The position numbers and the translations under genes are program-made. The notes beneath the pieces were generated by a model. It did no database searches. It saw only the letters and a program-made list of their open reading frames with translations, and was not told where the DNA came from. From contig OZ241326.1 in assembly GCA_965199855.1 (NCBI GenBank), positions 992,001-1,056,000 of the forward strand: a stretch of DNA of 64,000 nucleotides. The letters run 5' to 3'. This document shows, piece after piece, positions 17,947-26,878 of the stretch; the first letter of the stretch is position 1; each line of letters opens with the position of its first letter. The stretch is from a bacterium (lineage in GTDB: Bacteria > UBA8248).

Positions 17947-19011
17947 GTGAAAATCGGCATCATCGGCCTGGCCGCCTGCGGCAAGACGACGCTGTTCAAC
18001 GCCCTGACGGGCGGCGGGGCGACGACGGGAGGCTACGGGGCGTCGCGCGCGAACGTCGGCGCGGCGCCGGTGGCGGACGCGCGCGTGGACGCGCTGAGCG
18101 CGATTTTCAGGCCGCGGAAGACCGTCCGCGCCGCGGTGAACTTCGTGGACGCGCCGGGCGTGGGCGACGCGGACGCGGCCGGGCGCGCCGAGGCGATTCC
18201 CCAGGCGCTTGAAGGGGCGGACGCTCTGCTGGCTCTCGTCCGCGCGTTCGAGGACGCGGGCGTCCCGCACCCGAAGGAGAGCGTCGATCCGGCGCGCGAC
18301 CTCGCCGACGTCCGCCTCGACCTGATCCTGCGCGATCTCTCGGTGGTCGAGCGGCGGCTGGAGCGTCTGGCGAGGCTGGCGCGGGTGAAGAAGGATCCCG
18401 CCGAGGAGGCCGAGCGGGCGTTGCTGCGGCGCATCCGGGCGGGGCTGGAGGAGGGGCGCCCCATCCTCTCGATGGGTCTCGACGAGGAAGAGTCCCGGTC
18501 CGTCAAGGGGTTCGGCTTTCTCTCCGCCAAGCCGCTCCTGGCGGTGGCGAACGTGGGCGAGGATCAGCTGGAGGCGGGCGCGGAGGTTTTTTCCGACGCT
18601 ATGGAAGGTTTCGCCCCGATGGCGCTCGCCGCGCGGCTGGAGGAGGAACTCGCGCAACTTACGGACCAGGAGCGGGCGGCGTTTCTCGCGGATTACGCCC
18701 TGGAATCCTCCGCGCTCGACAGGGTGGTTCAGGCGTCCTTCGCCCTGCTGAACCTGCGCTGCTTCTTCACCGTGGGCGAGGATGAGGTGCGCGCCTGGCC
18801 GATTCCCGCGGGAACCGTCGCCCTTCACGCGGCGGGGACGATTCACTCGGATCTCGAGCGCGGCTTCATCCGCGCCGAGGTGGTCTCCTACGCGGACTTC
18901 ATGGAGGCGGGTTCGCTCGCCGCCGCGAGGAGCCGGGGAACGCTCAGACTCGAGGGAAAGGACTACGAGGTTCAGGACGGGGACATCATGCACGTGCGCT
19001 TCAACGTGTGA
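17947..19011 (+). CDS. ychF: Redox-regulated ATPase YchF (Obg family)
   Basis: IGIIGLAACGKTTLFNALT, FFTVGEDEVRAW, AAGTIHSDLERGFIRAEV, LEGKDYEVQDGDIMHVRFNV. Confidence 0.93.
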   Translation: MKIGIIGLAACGKTTLFNALTGGGATTGGYGASRANVGAAPVADARVDALSAIFRPRKTVRAAVNFVDAPGVGDADAAGRAEAIPQALEGADALLALVRAFEDAGVPHPKESVDPARDLADVRLDLILRDLSVVERRLERLARLARVKKDPAEEAERALLRRIRAGLEEGRPILSMGLDEEESRSVKGFGFLSAKPLLAVANVGEDQLEAGAEVFSDAMEGFAPMALAARLEEELAQLTDQERAAFLADYALESSALDRVVQASFALLNLRCFFTVGEDEVRAWPIPAGTVALHAAGTIHSDLERGFIRAEVVSYADFMEAGSLAAARSRGTLRLEGKDYEVQDGDIMHVRFNV

Positions 19012-19033
19012 GGACGCGCCGAAGGAGGCGGCC

Positions 19034-20161
19034 CTACGGACGCTCTGGGACGGCGGGGGCGCGCTCCAGGGCGGCGAGGATTCTCTCTCGCGCCCGCCGG
19101 TGGGCCGCGCAGCCGACGATTTTCAAAGCTTTCTCTCTCTCGCCGGCCTCTTCCAGACCGGGAGGCCGGCGGGCTTGCTCCAGGCTTCGCAGCCGCGCCG
19201 CGGAGGCCGCCGCCTGCGCCTCGGGGAGATCGCCCTCCCGCAGGGCGCGCGCGATGGCGGCGAGCGCTTCTTCCTGTGCTTTTTCCGAATGGCAGATGAG
19301 CGCCATGTCCGCCCCCGCGCGGATGGCCCGCAGGGCGGCCTCGGCAGGGTTCGCTATCGCGCCCATGTCCAGGTCGTCGGTGAAGGCCGCGCCGCCGAAG
19401 CCGAATTCCCCGCGCAGAAGCTCCCGCATGAACCTGGGCGAGAGGCTGGCCGGCGCAGAGGCGTCGATTTCCTCATAGAGGGCGTGGGCGGCCATGACGC
19501 AGGCGGGAGGGCGGCGGCCGATGACGCGCCGGAAGGGCTCCAGTTCGCGCGCCCTCAAGTCGTCGAGCGGGACGCGGCTGGTCGGCAGGACTTCATGCGG
19601 GTCGGGCGCCATGCCGCCGATGCCCGGAAAGTGCTTGGCGCAGGCGGCCACGCCCGCCTCTTGGAGGCCCTCGACGACGGCCGCGCCCATGCGCCCGACG
19701 AGCGCGGGCGAGGCGCCGAAGGCGCGATCCCCGATGACGGCGCAGGCGGGGTTCGAGAGCGCGTCCAGCACGGGGGCGAAATTCAGGTTCACGCCGACGG
19801 CGGCGAGCTCCGCCCCGGTGATGCGGGCGGCCTCGCGCGCGAGGGCGGTGTCGCCCGCGTCGCCAAAGGCCCGCGCCGCCGGGAAGGTGGTGAAGTCGGC
19901 GGAGAGGCGGTTCACGCGCCCGCCTTCCTGGTCGATGCCGACCAGGAGCGGAAGCCCCTCGGGCGAGGCGCGGGCGGCCTCCTGGAGGGAGGCGATGAGC
20001 GCGGCCGTCTGCGGGGCGGATTCGATGTTTCTGGCAAAGAGAATGACGCCGCCGATTCTCCCCTCTCGCGCGCGCTCGATGAGCGCGGCCGGCGCCTCCG
20101 CGCCCTCGAAGCCGACCATGAGAAGACGCCCGGCGCGGACCTCGGGAGAGAGGGGCGTCAT
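19034..20161 (-). CDS. nagZ: Beta-N-acetylhexosaminidase (GH3)
   Basis: GGVILFARNI, IDQEGGRVNRL, NFAPVLD, KHFPG..DPH, TDDLDMGA. Confidence 0.9.
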   Translation of the reverse strand: MTPLSPEVRAGRLLMVGFEGAEAPAALIERAREGRIGGVILFARNIESAPQTAALIASLQEAARASPEGLPLLVGIDQEGGRVNRLSADFTTFPAARAFGDAGDTALAREAARITGAELAAVGVNLNFAPVLDALSNPACAVIGDRAFGASPALVGRMGAAVVEGLQEAGVAACAKHFPGIGGMAPDPHEVLPTSRVPLDDLRARELEPFRRVIGRRPPACVMAAHALYEEIDASAPASLSPRFMRELLRGEFGFGGAAFTDDLDMGAIANPAEAALRAIRAGADMALICHSEKAQEEALAAIARALREGDLPEAQAAASAARLRSLEQARRPPGLEEAGEREKALKIVGCAAHRRARERILAALERAPAVPERP

Positions 20162-20170
20162 CCGCGCGCC

Positions 20171-20863
20171 TCAGCCCTTTCGCATCCGCGCGATGACGAA
20201 AGGCTCGGCCATCGGCAGGCCCGCCAGGCGGCCCGCGTCCTCCAGGCGCTGGCGCATCCGCTTTCGCATGGCTTCGGGATCCTTGATCTGGCACTTGTGC
20301 GCGCAGATCGCGCGCATTTTCGTCTCGAAGGTCTCCGAGATGTCCACGAAGAAGTTGGGGTTCAGCGCGTTGAGATACAGCAGGCTGTCCGTGTGGTGCG
20401 CCTCGATGCCCGCGCAGGCGAGCTCAGGCAGAAAGTGGTGATCCCGCGCGTAGATCACCGCCTTGAACGCGGCGTGGCCGATCGCCTGGTGGTCGGGGTG
20501 CTGATAGTGGGTTCGCCACGGGTCGTGGGTAAGGACTGCGTCCGGCCGGAAGTGGCGGATGAGGAAGGCGAGCTGGTTCCTGAACGCGCGGTCATCCTCG
20601 AGCTCGCCGTCTCGGTGCCGGAGAAACACGGTTTCCCTGACCCCCAGGATTCTCGACGCCTCGAGCTGCTCCGCCTCGCGCGTCTTGGCGAGGTCGAAGG
20701 GGCTTACGTCCTCCTTCGTGCCCTTGTCGCCGTTCGTGCAGACGACGGTGCGCACGGCGGCGCCTTCCCCCGTCCAGCGGGCGATGCTCCCGCCGGCGGA
20801 GAGCTCCGCGTCGTCGGGGTGGGCGACGATGACGAGCACTTCCTGAAATTCCGCGCGATTCAA
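20171..20863 (-). CDS. PIG-L/LmbE family deacetylase (MshB/BshB-like)
   Basis: AHPDDAE, TNGDKG, REAEQLEASRILGV, HPDH. Confidence 0.92.
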   Translation of the reverse strand: MNRAEFQEVLVIVAHPDDAELSAGGSIARWTGEGAAVRTVVCTNGDKGTKEDVSPFDLAKTREAEQLEASRILGVRETVFLRHRDGELEDDRAFRNQLAFLIRHFRPDAVLTHDPWRTHYQHPDHQAIGHAAFKAVIYARDHHFLPELACAGIEAHHTDSLLYLNALNPNFFVDISETFETKMRAICAHKCQIKDPEAMRKRMRQRLEDAGRLAGLPMAEPFVIARMRKG

Positions 20864-20881
20864 TGCCGTTTTCCTTGTCGT

Positions 20882-22189
20882 TCAAGAAGCATGATGGGAG
20901 GAGAGCGCGGCCCCGGGCGCGCCGGCGCGTTCGCCCGCCAGACCCGTCCAGACCTCGAGCTCCGCCTCCGCGGCGCGCGTCCAGGCGAACGACCCCGCCC
21001 AGGCCACGACCTCCCGCCGGGGGCGCTCTCGCCGGCTTTCCAGCATCCCGAGCATCTCGCGGGCGAAGGCGGCGACGTCGCCCTCGGGGACGAGGCGGCC
21101 GCTTTCGCCCTCCGAGACGGCCTGCGAGAGGCCGCCCACGTCGAAGGCGATCGTCGGCAGTCCGCAGGCGGCCGCCTCGAGGGCGGCGATGCCGAAACTC
21201 TCGTAGCGCGAGGGCAGCGCGAATACGTCGGCGGCGGAGTAGAAAAGCGGAAGCGCCTCCTGCGGCCTGGCGCCCAGAAAGAAGGCGCGCCCGGCCACGC
21301 CGCGCCGCTCGGCGAGCGCCTCCAGGCGGGAGATTTCCGCCGCTTGGGCGGGCGAGGCGAAATCCTGCGCGCGATAGGCGTTTCCTGTTTTTTCCGCGCT
21401 GTTTTTGATCTCGCCGCCGATGTGCAGAAAGCGCGCATCTAGCCCCGGGCGTTCGCGCGCGAGGATGGCGAGGGCCTCTATCAGGCAATCCAGCCCCTTG
21501 ACGCGCTCGATTCTTCCCACGCCGAGAATATAGACGCCCTCCGGGGCGAGTCCCAGCCGCTCGCGCGCCTCGCGCTTCGGATGCGGGCGGAATTTCTCCA
21601 GATCCACGCCGCAGGGGATGACGCGGATATCCGCCGCGCCGGCCATCGCGCGCAGGGCGCGCGCCTCTGCGGGGGAGGAGGCGAGAAGCGCGTCCGCCAG
21701 CCGAGCCAAGGCGGGCTCGGCCGCCAGCCGCGCCGCCGATTCACGCGCGCCGGCGGGGGACAGGGCGTCGTTCTTGAGCGCGGCCAGAGTGTGAAAGCGA
21801 ATGGCGAGGGGGACGCCCCACCTCCCGGCCAGCGTCTGGCCCGCGAGGCCCGATAGCCAGTAGTGCGCGGAAATCCCATCGTAGCGAATCCGGCGCTCCT
21901 CCGCGAACGCCAGAATCCCCCGGGCGAATTCCTCGACCCATGCGCGCTGGGCGTCCTTGCCCAGCTTCTCCCGGGGCCCCGCCTCGATGCGGATGAGGCG
22001 GCTTCCGGGGGCGAGCGGAACCAGCGCGTCGGCTTCGTCCGAATCGAGACGGGTGAAGACGTCCGTCCGCGCGCCCAGGGCCGCGAGCGCCCTGGCGGTT
22101 TCGCGCGCGTAGACGTTCATGCCGCCCGCCAGGTCGCCGCCCAGGGGGGCGAGCGGGTCGGTGTGCATCGAGAGCATCGCCAGGCGCAT
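20882..22189 (-). CDS. GT4 glycosyltransferase, MshA-like
   Basis: GGAGG RBS; MHTDPLAPLGGDLAGGMNVY, HYWLSG, FHTLAALK, GRIERVKG, PSRYESFGIAALEAAACG match the MshA pattern. Confidence 0.88.
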   Translation of the reverse strand: MRLAMLSMHTDPLAPLGGDLAGGMNVYARETARALAALGARTDVFTRLDSDEADALVPLAPGSRLIRIEAGPREKLGKDAQRAWVEEFARGILAFAEERRIRYDGISAHYWLSGLAGQTLAGRWGVPLAIRFHTLAALKNDALSPAGARESAARLAAEPALARLADALLASSPAEARALRAMAGAADIRVIPCGVDLEKFRPHPKREARERLGLAPEGVYILGVGRIERVKGLDCLIEALAILARERPGLDARFLHIGGEIKNSAEKTGNAYRAQDFASPAQAAEISRLEALAERRGVAGRAFFLGARPQEALPLFYSAADVFALPSRYESFGIAALEAAACGLPTIAFDVGGLSQAVSEGESGRLVPEGDVAAFAREMLGMLESRRERPRREVVAWAGSFAWTRAAEAELEVWTGLAGERAGAPGAALSSHHAS

Positions 22190-22203
22190 CGCCTCCTCCT
22201 TCG

Positions 22204-23217
22204 TCAGGCGCTCCTTGCGAGCCGCGCGCGCATCACGCGCTCGTCGCGCGCCCCGAAGCGGTATTTGTAGCCCTCGTCGCCCCGCAGCAGGTCGAAGGCG
22301 GCGCGCCCCGCGCGAATCGCCTCCTCCACCTTGTGGGCGAGCAGCACCACGCCCGCGCTCAACTCGCGCTCCACGGGGTCGAAGCCCGAGTTGTAGAGGT
22401 ACACCCTGTCGCGGTAGTCGAAGGCGAGGTGGGCAGCGACGGGGTGGTCGTCCACCCGCATGATCGTCAGGTCCAGATAGCCCAGCGCGAGCATCTCCCG
22501 GCTCGCGTCCTCGAAGAAGGCTTTTCTCGCGGGGTTCCAGAAATCGGACTTCTCCGGCTGACTGAGCGCGTGGAGGGCGATGAAGTCGCGCAAGTCGGCC
22601 TCGAGCGCCTCCGCCGAGGCCGTTCGCTCGTAGGCCAGCCCCTCCTCCATGTTGGCTTTTCGCGCCTTGCGCCGCAGGTCGCGCTCGTCCCTGGGATGAA
22701 GGGTTCTGGCGAACTCCGCCCAGGAGCCGGGCAGAGTGATGACGGGGCAGACCTCCTCCTGGGAGATCGAGACGGCGTCTCCCGTCAGATCCACAAGAGC
22801 GGATAGGGTGGGGGACGCCTCGGGAATTCCCCGAAGGGAGAGCTCCCGCCACGCGGGGGCGTCCGGCTCGAGCAGGGCGGAGAGAATCACCCGCCAGACC
22901 GCCAAGTGCGCCCCGTCGGCGGCCACGATGTCGAGGTAGTCGGAGAGGTCGTCTCCTCCCGTGAGCCGCAGCCGCCCATCCTCGTTCAGGAGTAGGGGCG
23001 CGACGCCCAGGAGCGCGCCGTCCTCCCCGCGCGCGGCGTAGATGCGCAGCTCGCCCGCTCCGAAATTCTTCCACCAGCAGGCGTGCCACGCGGGGTCGTA
23101 GAAGGGGTGCGCGTGGCGCGAGCGCGCCATGAGCGCGCGCCATTCGGCCGCGAGCACGGCGAACGCCGCCGCCGATGAGAAGACCTCTGTTCGCAAGGAG
23201 CAACAGCTTCGCGGCAT
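22204..23217 (-). CDS. CelD/BcsL-type GNAT-fold acyltransferase (Acetyltransf_6)
   Basis: LSDYLDI, CPVITLPGSW, YLYNSGFDP, FDLLRGDEGYKYRFGA. Confidence 0.88.
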   Translation of the reverse strand: MPRSCCSLRTEVFSSAAAFAVLAAEWRALMARSRHAHPFYDPAWHACWWKNFGAGELRIYAARGEDGALLGVAPLLLNEDGRLRLTGGDDLSDYLDIVAADGAHLAVWRVILSALLEPDAPAWRELSLRGIPEASPTLSALVDLTGDAVSISQEEVCPVITLPGSWAEFARTLHPRDERDLRRKARKANMEEGLAYERTASAEALEADLRDFIALHALSQPEKSDFWNPARKAFFEDASREMLALGYLDLTIMRVDDHPVAAHLAFDYRDRVYLYNSGFDPVERELSAGVVLLAHKVEEAIRAGRAAFDLLRGDEGYKYRFGARDERVMRARLARSA

Positions 23218-23243
23218 CGGGATTCCTTCGCGTCCCTGCGGCC

Positions 23244-23840
23244 TCAGCCGGACTGGCTCAGCGCGACGAAGCTGACCGGAGGGTGGCCCGCCAGCGGCTC
23301 CGAGAGGCGCGAGCGGCCGAAGACGAAAAAGCGGTCGTGGTAGAGCGTCTGAAACTGGGTGAAGCCCGCCTTGCTCACCCCGCGCCTCGAGGCCCGGTTG
23401 CCCGATTCCACGAAGATGAGGGAGCGCTTGAGCCTCAGGCCTTCCCCGTATTTCAGCGCGCGCCTCAGCACGGAGGGGTAGAGGTTCTTCCCCCGCCAGG
23501 GTTCGAGGGTGAAGGCGTCATAGAGATAGATTTCCGCCGCTTCGGGCTTCACGGCGCGGTCGATTTCCTCCACGCCCACGACGCCGCGCGCCCCCCAGAT
23601 GTAGCTCACCGCCTTGCCCTCCTCGAGGGCGGCGAAGCATTTCTCGCCGCGCTCGAAGCGCTTCGACGTCAGATTCTCGCCCTGCACGTCGGAGATCAGG
23701 CGGCGGTTGGGGGAGGCGCGGTCGAGGATGACGTGCTCCACCTTGATTCTCGCCTCGCCGGGCGGTATCTCGGCCGGATGCTGAAAGTCGTAGAGACACA
23801 GCTCCACCGAAGTGAGAAGCGTCGCCCTCAGAAAATTCAA
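23244..23840 (-). CDS. GNAT family N-acetyltransferase
   Basis: YLYDAFTLEPWRGKNLY acetyl-CoA motif A; NRASRRGVSKAGF. Confidence 0.82.
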   Translation of the reverse strand: MNFLRATLLTSVELCLYDFQHPAEIPPGEARIKVEHVILDRASPNRRLISDVQGENLTSKRFERGEKCFAALEEGKAVSYIWGARGVVGVEEIDRAVKPEAAEIYLYDAFTLEPWRGKNLYPSVLRRALKYGEGLRLKRSLIFVESGNRASRRGVSKAGFTQFQTLYHDRFFVFGRSRLSEPLAGHPPVSFVALSQSG

Positions 23841-24874
23841 GCGGGGTTGCTCCTTCCCTTCAAGAGCGCTTCAAGAAAGTCCCCGAGCGCGTCGTGGAGT
23901 CGGGCGAGATCCCTCCGCTTTTCAAAATGCTCCTGAAGCATCCTCGCCGCGCGCGGAATGTTCACGAGATAGCGCTCCGCCCCCCGCGCGGCCTTCTGGT
24001 AGGCGAAGGTGCCGATGGCCTTGAGGTTGCGCTGAATGGCCGTGGCGCGCAGGGCGCGTTCGTACCCTTCTTTATCCGAGAAATGACGGTGGCCGCAAGT
24101 CTCCCAGCAGCGGCGGACGAGGCTTTCTCTCGCGTTCTCGTCGAGGGCCGCGTAGCTGTCAAAGGCGAGAGACGCCAAATCATACAGGACGGGGCCCATG
24201 CGCGCGTCCTGAAAGTCAAGAACGAACACCTTGCCGTCGGCGACCATCAGGTTCCTGCTGTGGTAGTCGCGGTGGACGAGGCGGAAGGGCTGCCGGCAGA
24301 TTTCCTCGCACAATTCGCGGAACAATCCGTCCAGGGCGCGCGCGTCGGTTTTCATCCCCAGGAGACTCTCGAAGGCGTATTTGCGCGCGTGATGAAGCTC
24401 GTTCGTGAAAAAGGCGGGGTCGAAGCGGCGCGCGAGGGAGACTCCGCCGCCCGCGGGCGCGCGGGGCGCCTCCTGGATGGCCGCCATCATGTCAAGGGCG
24501 GCGGCGTAGGCGGGCTGCGCGCGCGCCCATCCGCCGCGATTCCATACGTCCTCCAGCGAATCGTCGCCGCAGTCTTCGAGGAGGATGACGCCGGCCTCCT
24601 CGTCCATAGTAAAAATTTCGGGGACGCGGACGCCGAGCTCGCAGAAGCGCGCCCGCGCCTCGACGAAGGGGAGCGTCTCCTTCCTGAAAGGCTCTTGCAG
24701 AATCATGCCGACCGAGCTGGCGCGCGCCCCGCCCGGATGCGCGAGGCGAACGTAGGCGCGATCCGAGGCGTCGCCCCGAAGCGGCGCGAGGGAGCGGACG
24801 GCGACGCCGAAACGCTCGCGCGCCAGGGCCTTCAGGCGCTCATGCGCGAGAACGCTCGCGGCGTTCGCCTTCAT
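23837..24874 (-). CDS. APH-family phosphotransferase, AmgK-like anomeric amino-sugar kinase
   Basis: GDASDRAYVRL, LLEDCGD, VHRDYHSRNLM, LDFQDARMGP.YDLASL, QRNLKAIGTF. Confidence 0.87.
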   Translation of the reverse strand: MKANAASVLAHERLKALARERFGVAVRSLAPLRGDASDRAYVRLAHPGGARASSVGMILQEPFRKETLPFVEARARFCELGVRVPEIFTMDEEAGVILLEDCGDDSLEDVWNRGGWARAQPAYAAALDMMAAIQEAPRAPAGGGVSLARRFDPAFFTNELHHARKYAFESLLGMKTDARALDGLFRELCEEICRQPFRLVHRDYHSRNLMVADGKVFVLDFQDARMGPVLYDLASLAFDSYAALDENARESLVRRCWETCGHRHFSDKEGYERALRATAIQRNLKAIGTFAYQKAARGAERYLVNIPRAARMLQEHFEKRRDLARLHDALGDFLEALLKGRSNPA

Positions 24875-25728
24875 GCGGGGAGCGGCTCGTCCCGAAGGGA
24901 GAGCGCGGAGACGGCGCGCGCCAGAGCCGCCAGCGTCTCGCGGTGGGATTCCTCCCTGCTCTTGAGCTCGAAGGCGAGCGGCCCGCGGTAGCCCCGCGCG
25001 TCGAGAGCGGCGAAGAAGGGGCGCCACGCGAGCGCTCCTTCGCCCGGAATGAGGTGGGCGTCGCTTCGTCCGTCGTTGTCGTGGAGGTGGACCGCCGCGC
25101 ACAGGGGCGCGAGACGCTCGACGGCCTGCCGGACGCGCTCTCCCTCGGTGATGAGGGCGTGGCCCGCGTCGATGCAGATTTTCAGCCGTGGATGATCGAT
25201 GCCCTCCACGAAGCGGGCGAGCGGCTCCGCGCGGCCCAGGGCGGCGGGGATGTTCTCGAGGGCCAGGACGGCGTCCAGCGCCTCCGCCGCCGGCAGGAGG
25301 CGCGCCAGACTCTCCTCCAGCGCCTCGCGGCTGTCTTTCTCCCCCGCTTTTCCGGGCGCGCCCGGATGGAGGACGGCGACCCGCGCCCCCAGAGGGCGCA
25401 GGGCGCGCATGGAGGCGAGAGTCTTCTGGATGGCCGCCGCGCGCGCCCCCGCGTCGGGCGAGGAGAGGGAGAGCCAGCGTCCCTTCTTCGCCTCGCTCAA
25501 ATCCGCGTAGAAAGGGGCGTGAAGCGAGGAGGCCGACAGCGAGAGGTCGTCCAGCCAGCGTTCGAGCGTCCGGATCGCGGAGGGATCGCTCACGTCGAGA
25601 TGAGGCGTCATCGCCCAGAGCTCGATTCGCCGAAAGCCGGCCTCCGCCGCGTCTTTCAGATGATCGAAGCGGAGCGGCTCCCGGGCGAAAAGGTGGGCCG
25701 ACAGGGCGAGGCTGGCTCTCAATGCCAT
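24871..25728 (-). CDS. Sugar phosphate isomerase/epimerase (xylose-isomerase-like TIM barrel)
   Basis: SLHAPF, LALEN, CIDAGHA, VHLHDNDGRSDAHLIPGEG, FEL. Confidence 0.88.
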   Translation of the reverse strand: MALRASLALSAHLFAREPLRFDHLKDAAEAGFRRIELWAMTPHLDVSDPSAIRTLERWLDDLSLSASSLHAPFYADLSEAKKGRWLSLSSPDAGARAAAIQKTLASMRALRPLGARVAVLHPGAPGKAGEKDSREALEESLARLLPAAEALDAVLALENIPAALGRAEPLARFVEGIDHPRLKICIDAGHALITEGERVRQAVERLAPLCAAVHLHDNDGRSDAHLIPGEGALAWRPFFAALDARGYRGPLAFELKSREESHRETLAALARAVSALSLRDEPLPA

Positions 25729-25890
25729 TCCTTCGGCGGGCGGAGCGACGTGCGTTGCGCGGGAGGGGATTATACGCCGCCGAATGAGGAGCCGGCAATG
25801 CGCGGGCGCGAATCCCCGGATTGCCCGGAGGAGGCTTGCCGCGCCGCCCGCCAGGCGTTCGACATGGAGCGGGAACCATGACCGCGCCGG

Positions 25891-25919
25891 TTGACAGATG
25901 CGCGCCCGGCACCCATGAT
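25891..25919 (+). promoter_or_regulatory. Sigma70 promoter of the FadR-family gene
   Basis: TTGACA (25891-25896), 17 nt, CATGAT (25914-25919). Confidence 0.7.
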
Positions 25920-25932
25920 TGGTCTTACCATC
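25918..25932. promoter_or_regulatory. FadR/PdhR-type operator ATTGGTcttACCA
   Basis: Palindrome TGGT-CTT-ACCA at 25920-25930 matches the FadR-subfamily TGGTnnnACCA consensus and sits directly after the -10 box. Confidence 0.75.
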
Positions 25933-26038
25933 CGACCAGAAAATTTCGGATACCGATTCGGGCTCAGGAGAAACAGGGGCGTTTCCCCCCTCGCGTTCGA
26001 GACGCCGGGAGGGGGACGCGCCCCCCGGAGGCGGCGCC

Positions 26039-26773
26039 TTGCTTCGGCCGGTGAGAAAGACGAGGCTCTACGAAGGCGTGGTGGAGCAGATACAGAGCCT
26101 CATCCGCAAGCGGAAGTTCGTCCCCGGCGACCGGCTGCCCTCCGAGCGCGAACTCGCGGCGGCGCTCGGCATCGGCCGCCCCTCGGTGAGAGAGGCCCTG
26201 CGCGCCCTCGACGCCACGGGACTCATCGAGGTGCGGAGCGGCCGGGGCGCGTTTTTGCGCAACCTCTCGGGCGATCCCTACCTCGCCACGGTGCGCGAGA
26301 GCCTGGCGTTTCTGCTTGACGTGCGGGGGGACACCCTGCTCGAGCTCTGGGAGGTGCGTCGGGGACTGGAGGAGCAGATCGCGCGCCTGGCCGCCGCGCG
26401 CGGGACGCCGGCGCAGCTCGCCTTCCTGAGAAGCCGCACGGAGGAGATGCGAAGACGCATCGGAGCGCCCGAAGCCTTCGTGCGCGCGGGGGTGGCCTGC
26501 CACCGCGCGCTGTGCGAGGCGGCGGGAAACGCCGTTCTGCGGACAGTGTGGGAGGCCATCGCGGGCCTGATCGAGAAGAGCCAGCGCAGAATCATCGGCG
26601 TTCCCGGCCAGCCGGACGAGGCGCTCCGCCAGCACGAGAGGCTGCTCGCCGCCGTTGCGGCGGGCGACGCGGAGGCGGCCGCCTTCGCCATGCGCGAGCA
26701 CATGGAGGCGGAGGGCGCGCTGTTGCGGGAGGCGCTCGCCGCGTCCCGAAATGGGGAGCGGGTCGGCGTCTGA
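26039..26773 (+). CDS. GntR/FadR family transcriptional regulator
   Basis: GGAGG 7 nt before TTG 26039; PGDRLPSERELAAALGIGRPSVREAL wHTH; FCD domain. The TTG at 25919 in the ORF track lies inside the promoter, so it is unlikely to be the start. Confidence 0.92.
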   Translation: MLRPVRKTRLYEGVVEQIQSLIRKRKFVPGDRLPSERELAAALGIGRPSVREALRALDATGLIEVRSGRGAFLRNLSGDPYLATVRESLAFLLDVRGDTLLELWEVRRGLEEQIARLAAARGTPAQLAFLRSRTEEMRRRIGAPEAFVRAGVACHRALCEAAGNAVLRTVWEAIAGLIEKSQRRIIGVPGQPDEALRQHERLLAAVAAGDAEAAAFAMREHMEAEGALLREALAASRNGERVGV

Positions 26774-26878
26774 AGGCTCGCCGCTCGGGCGCTCCCGCTT
26801 TTCGGACGCTTTTGTCGGAGGATTTTTCAGCTCTTTGGATGAACGCTTCACCCCCATTTCCGCACAGGAGGAATCTTC

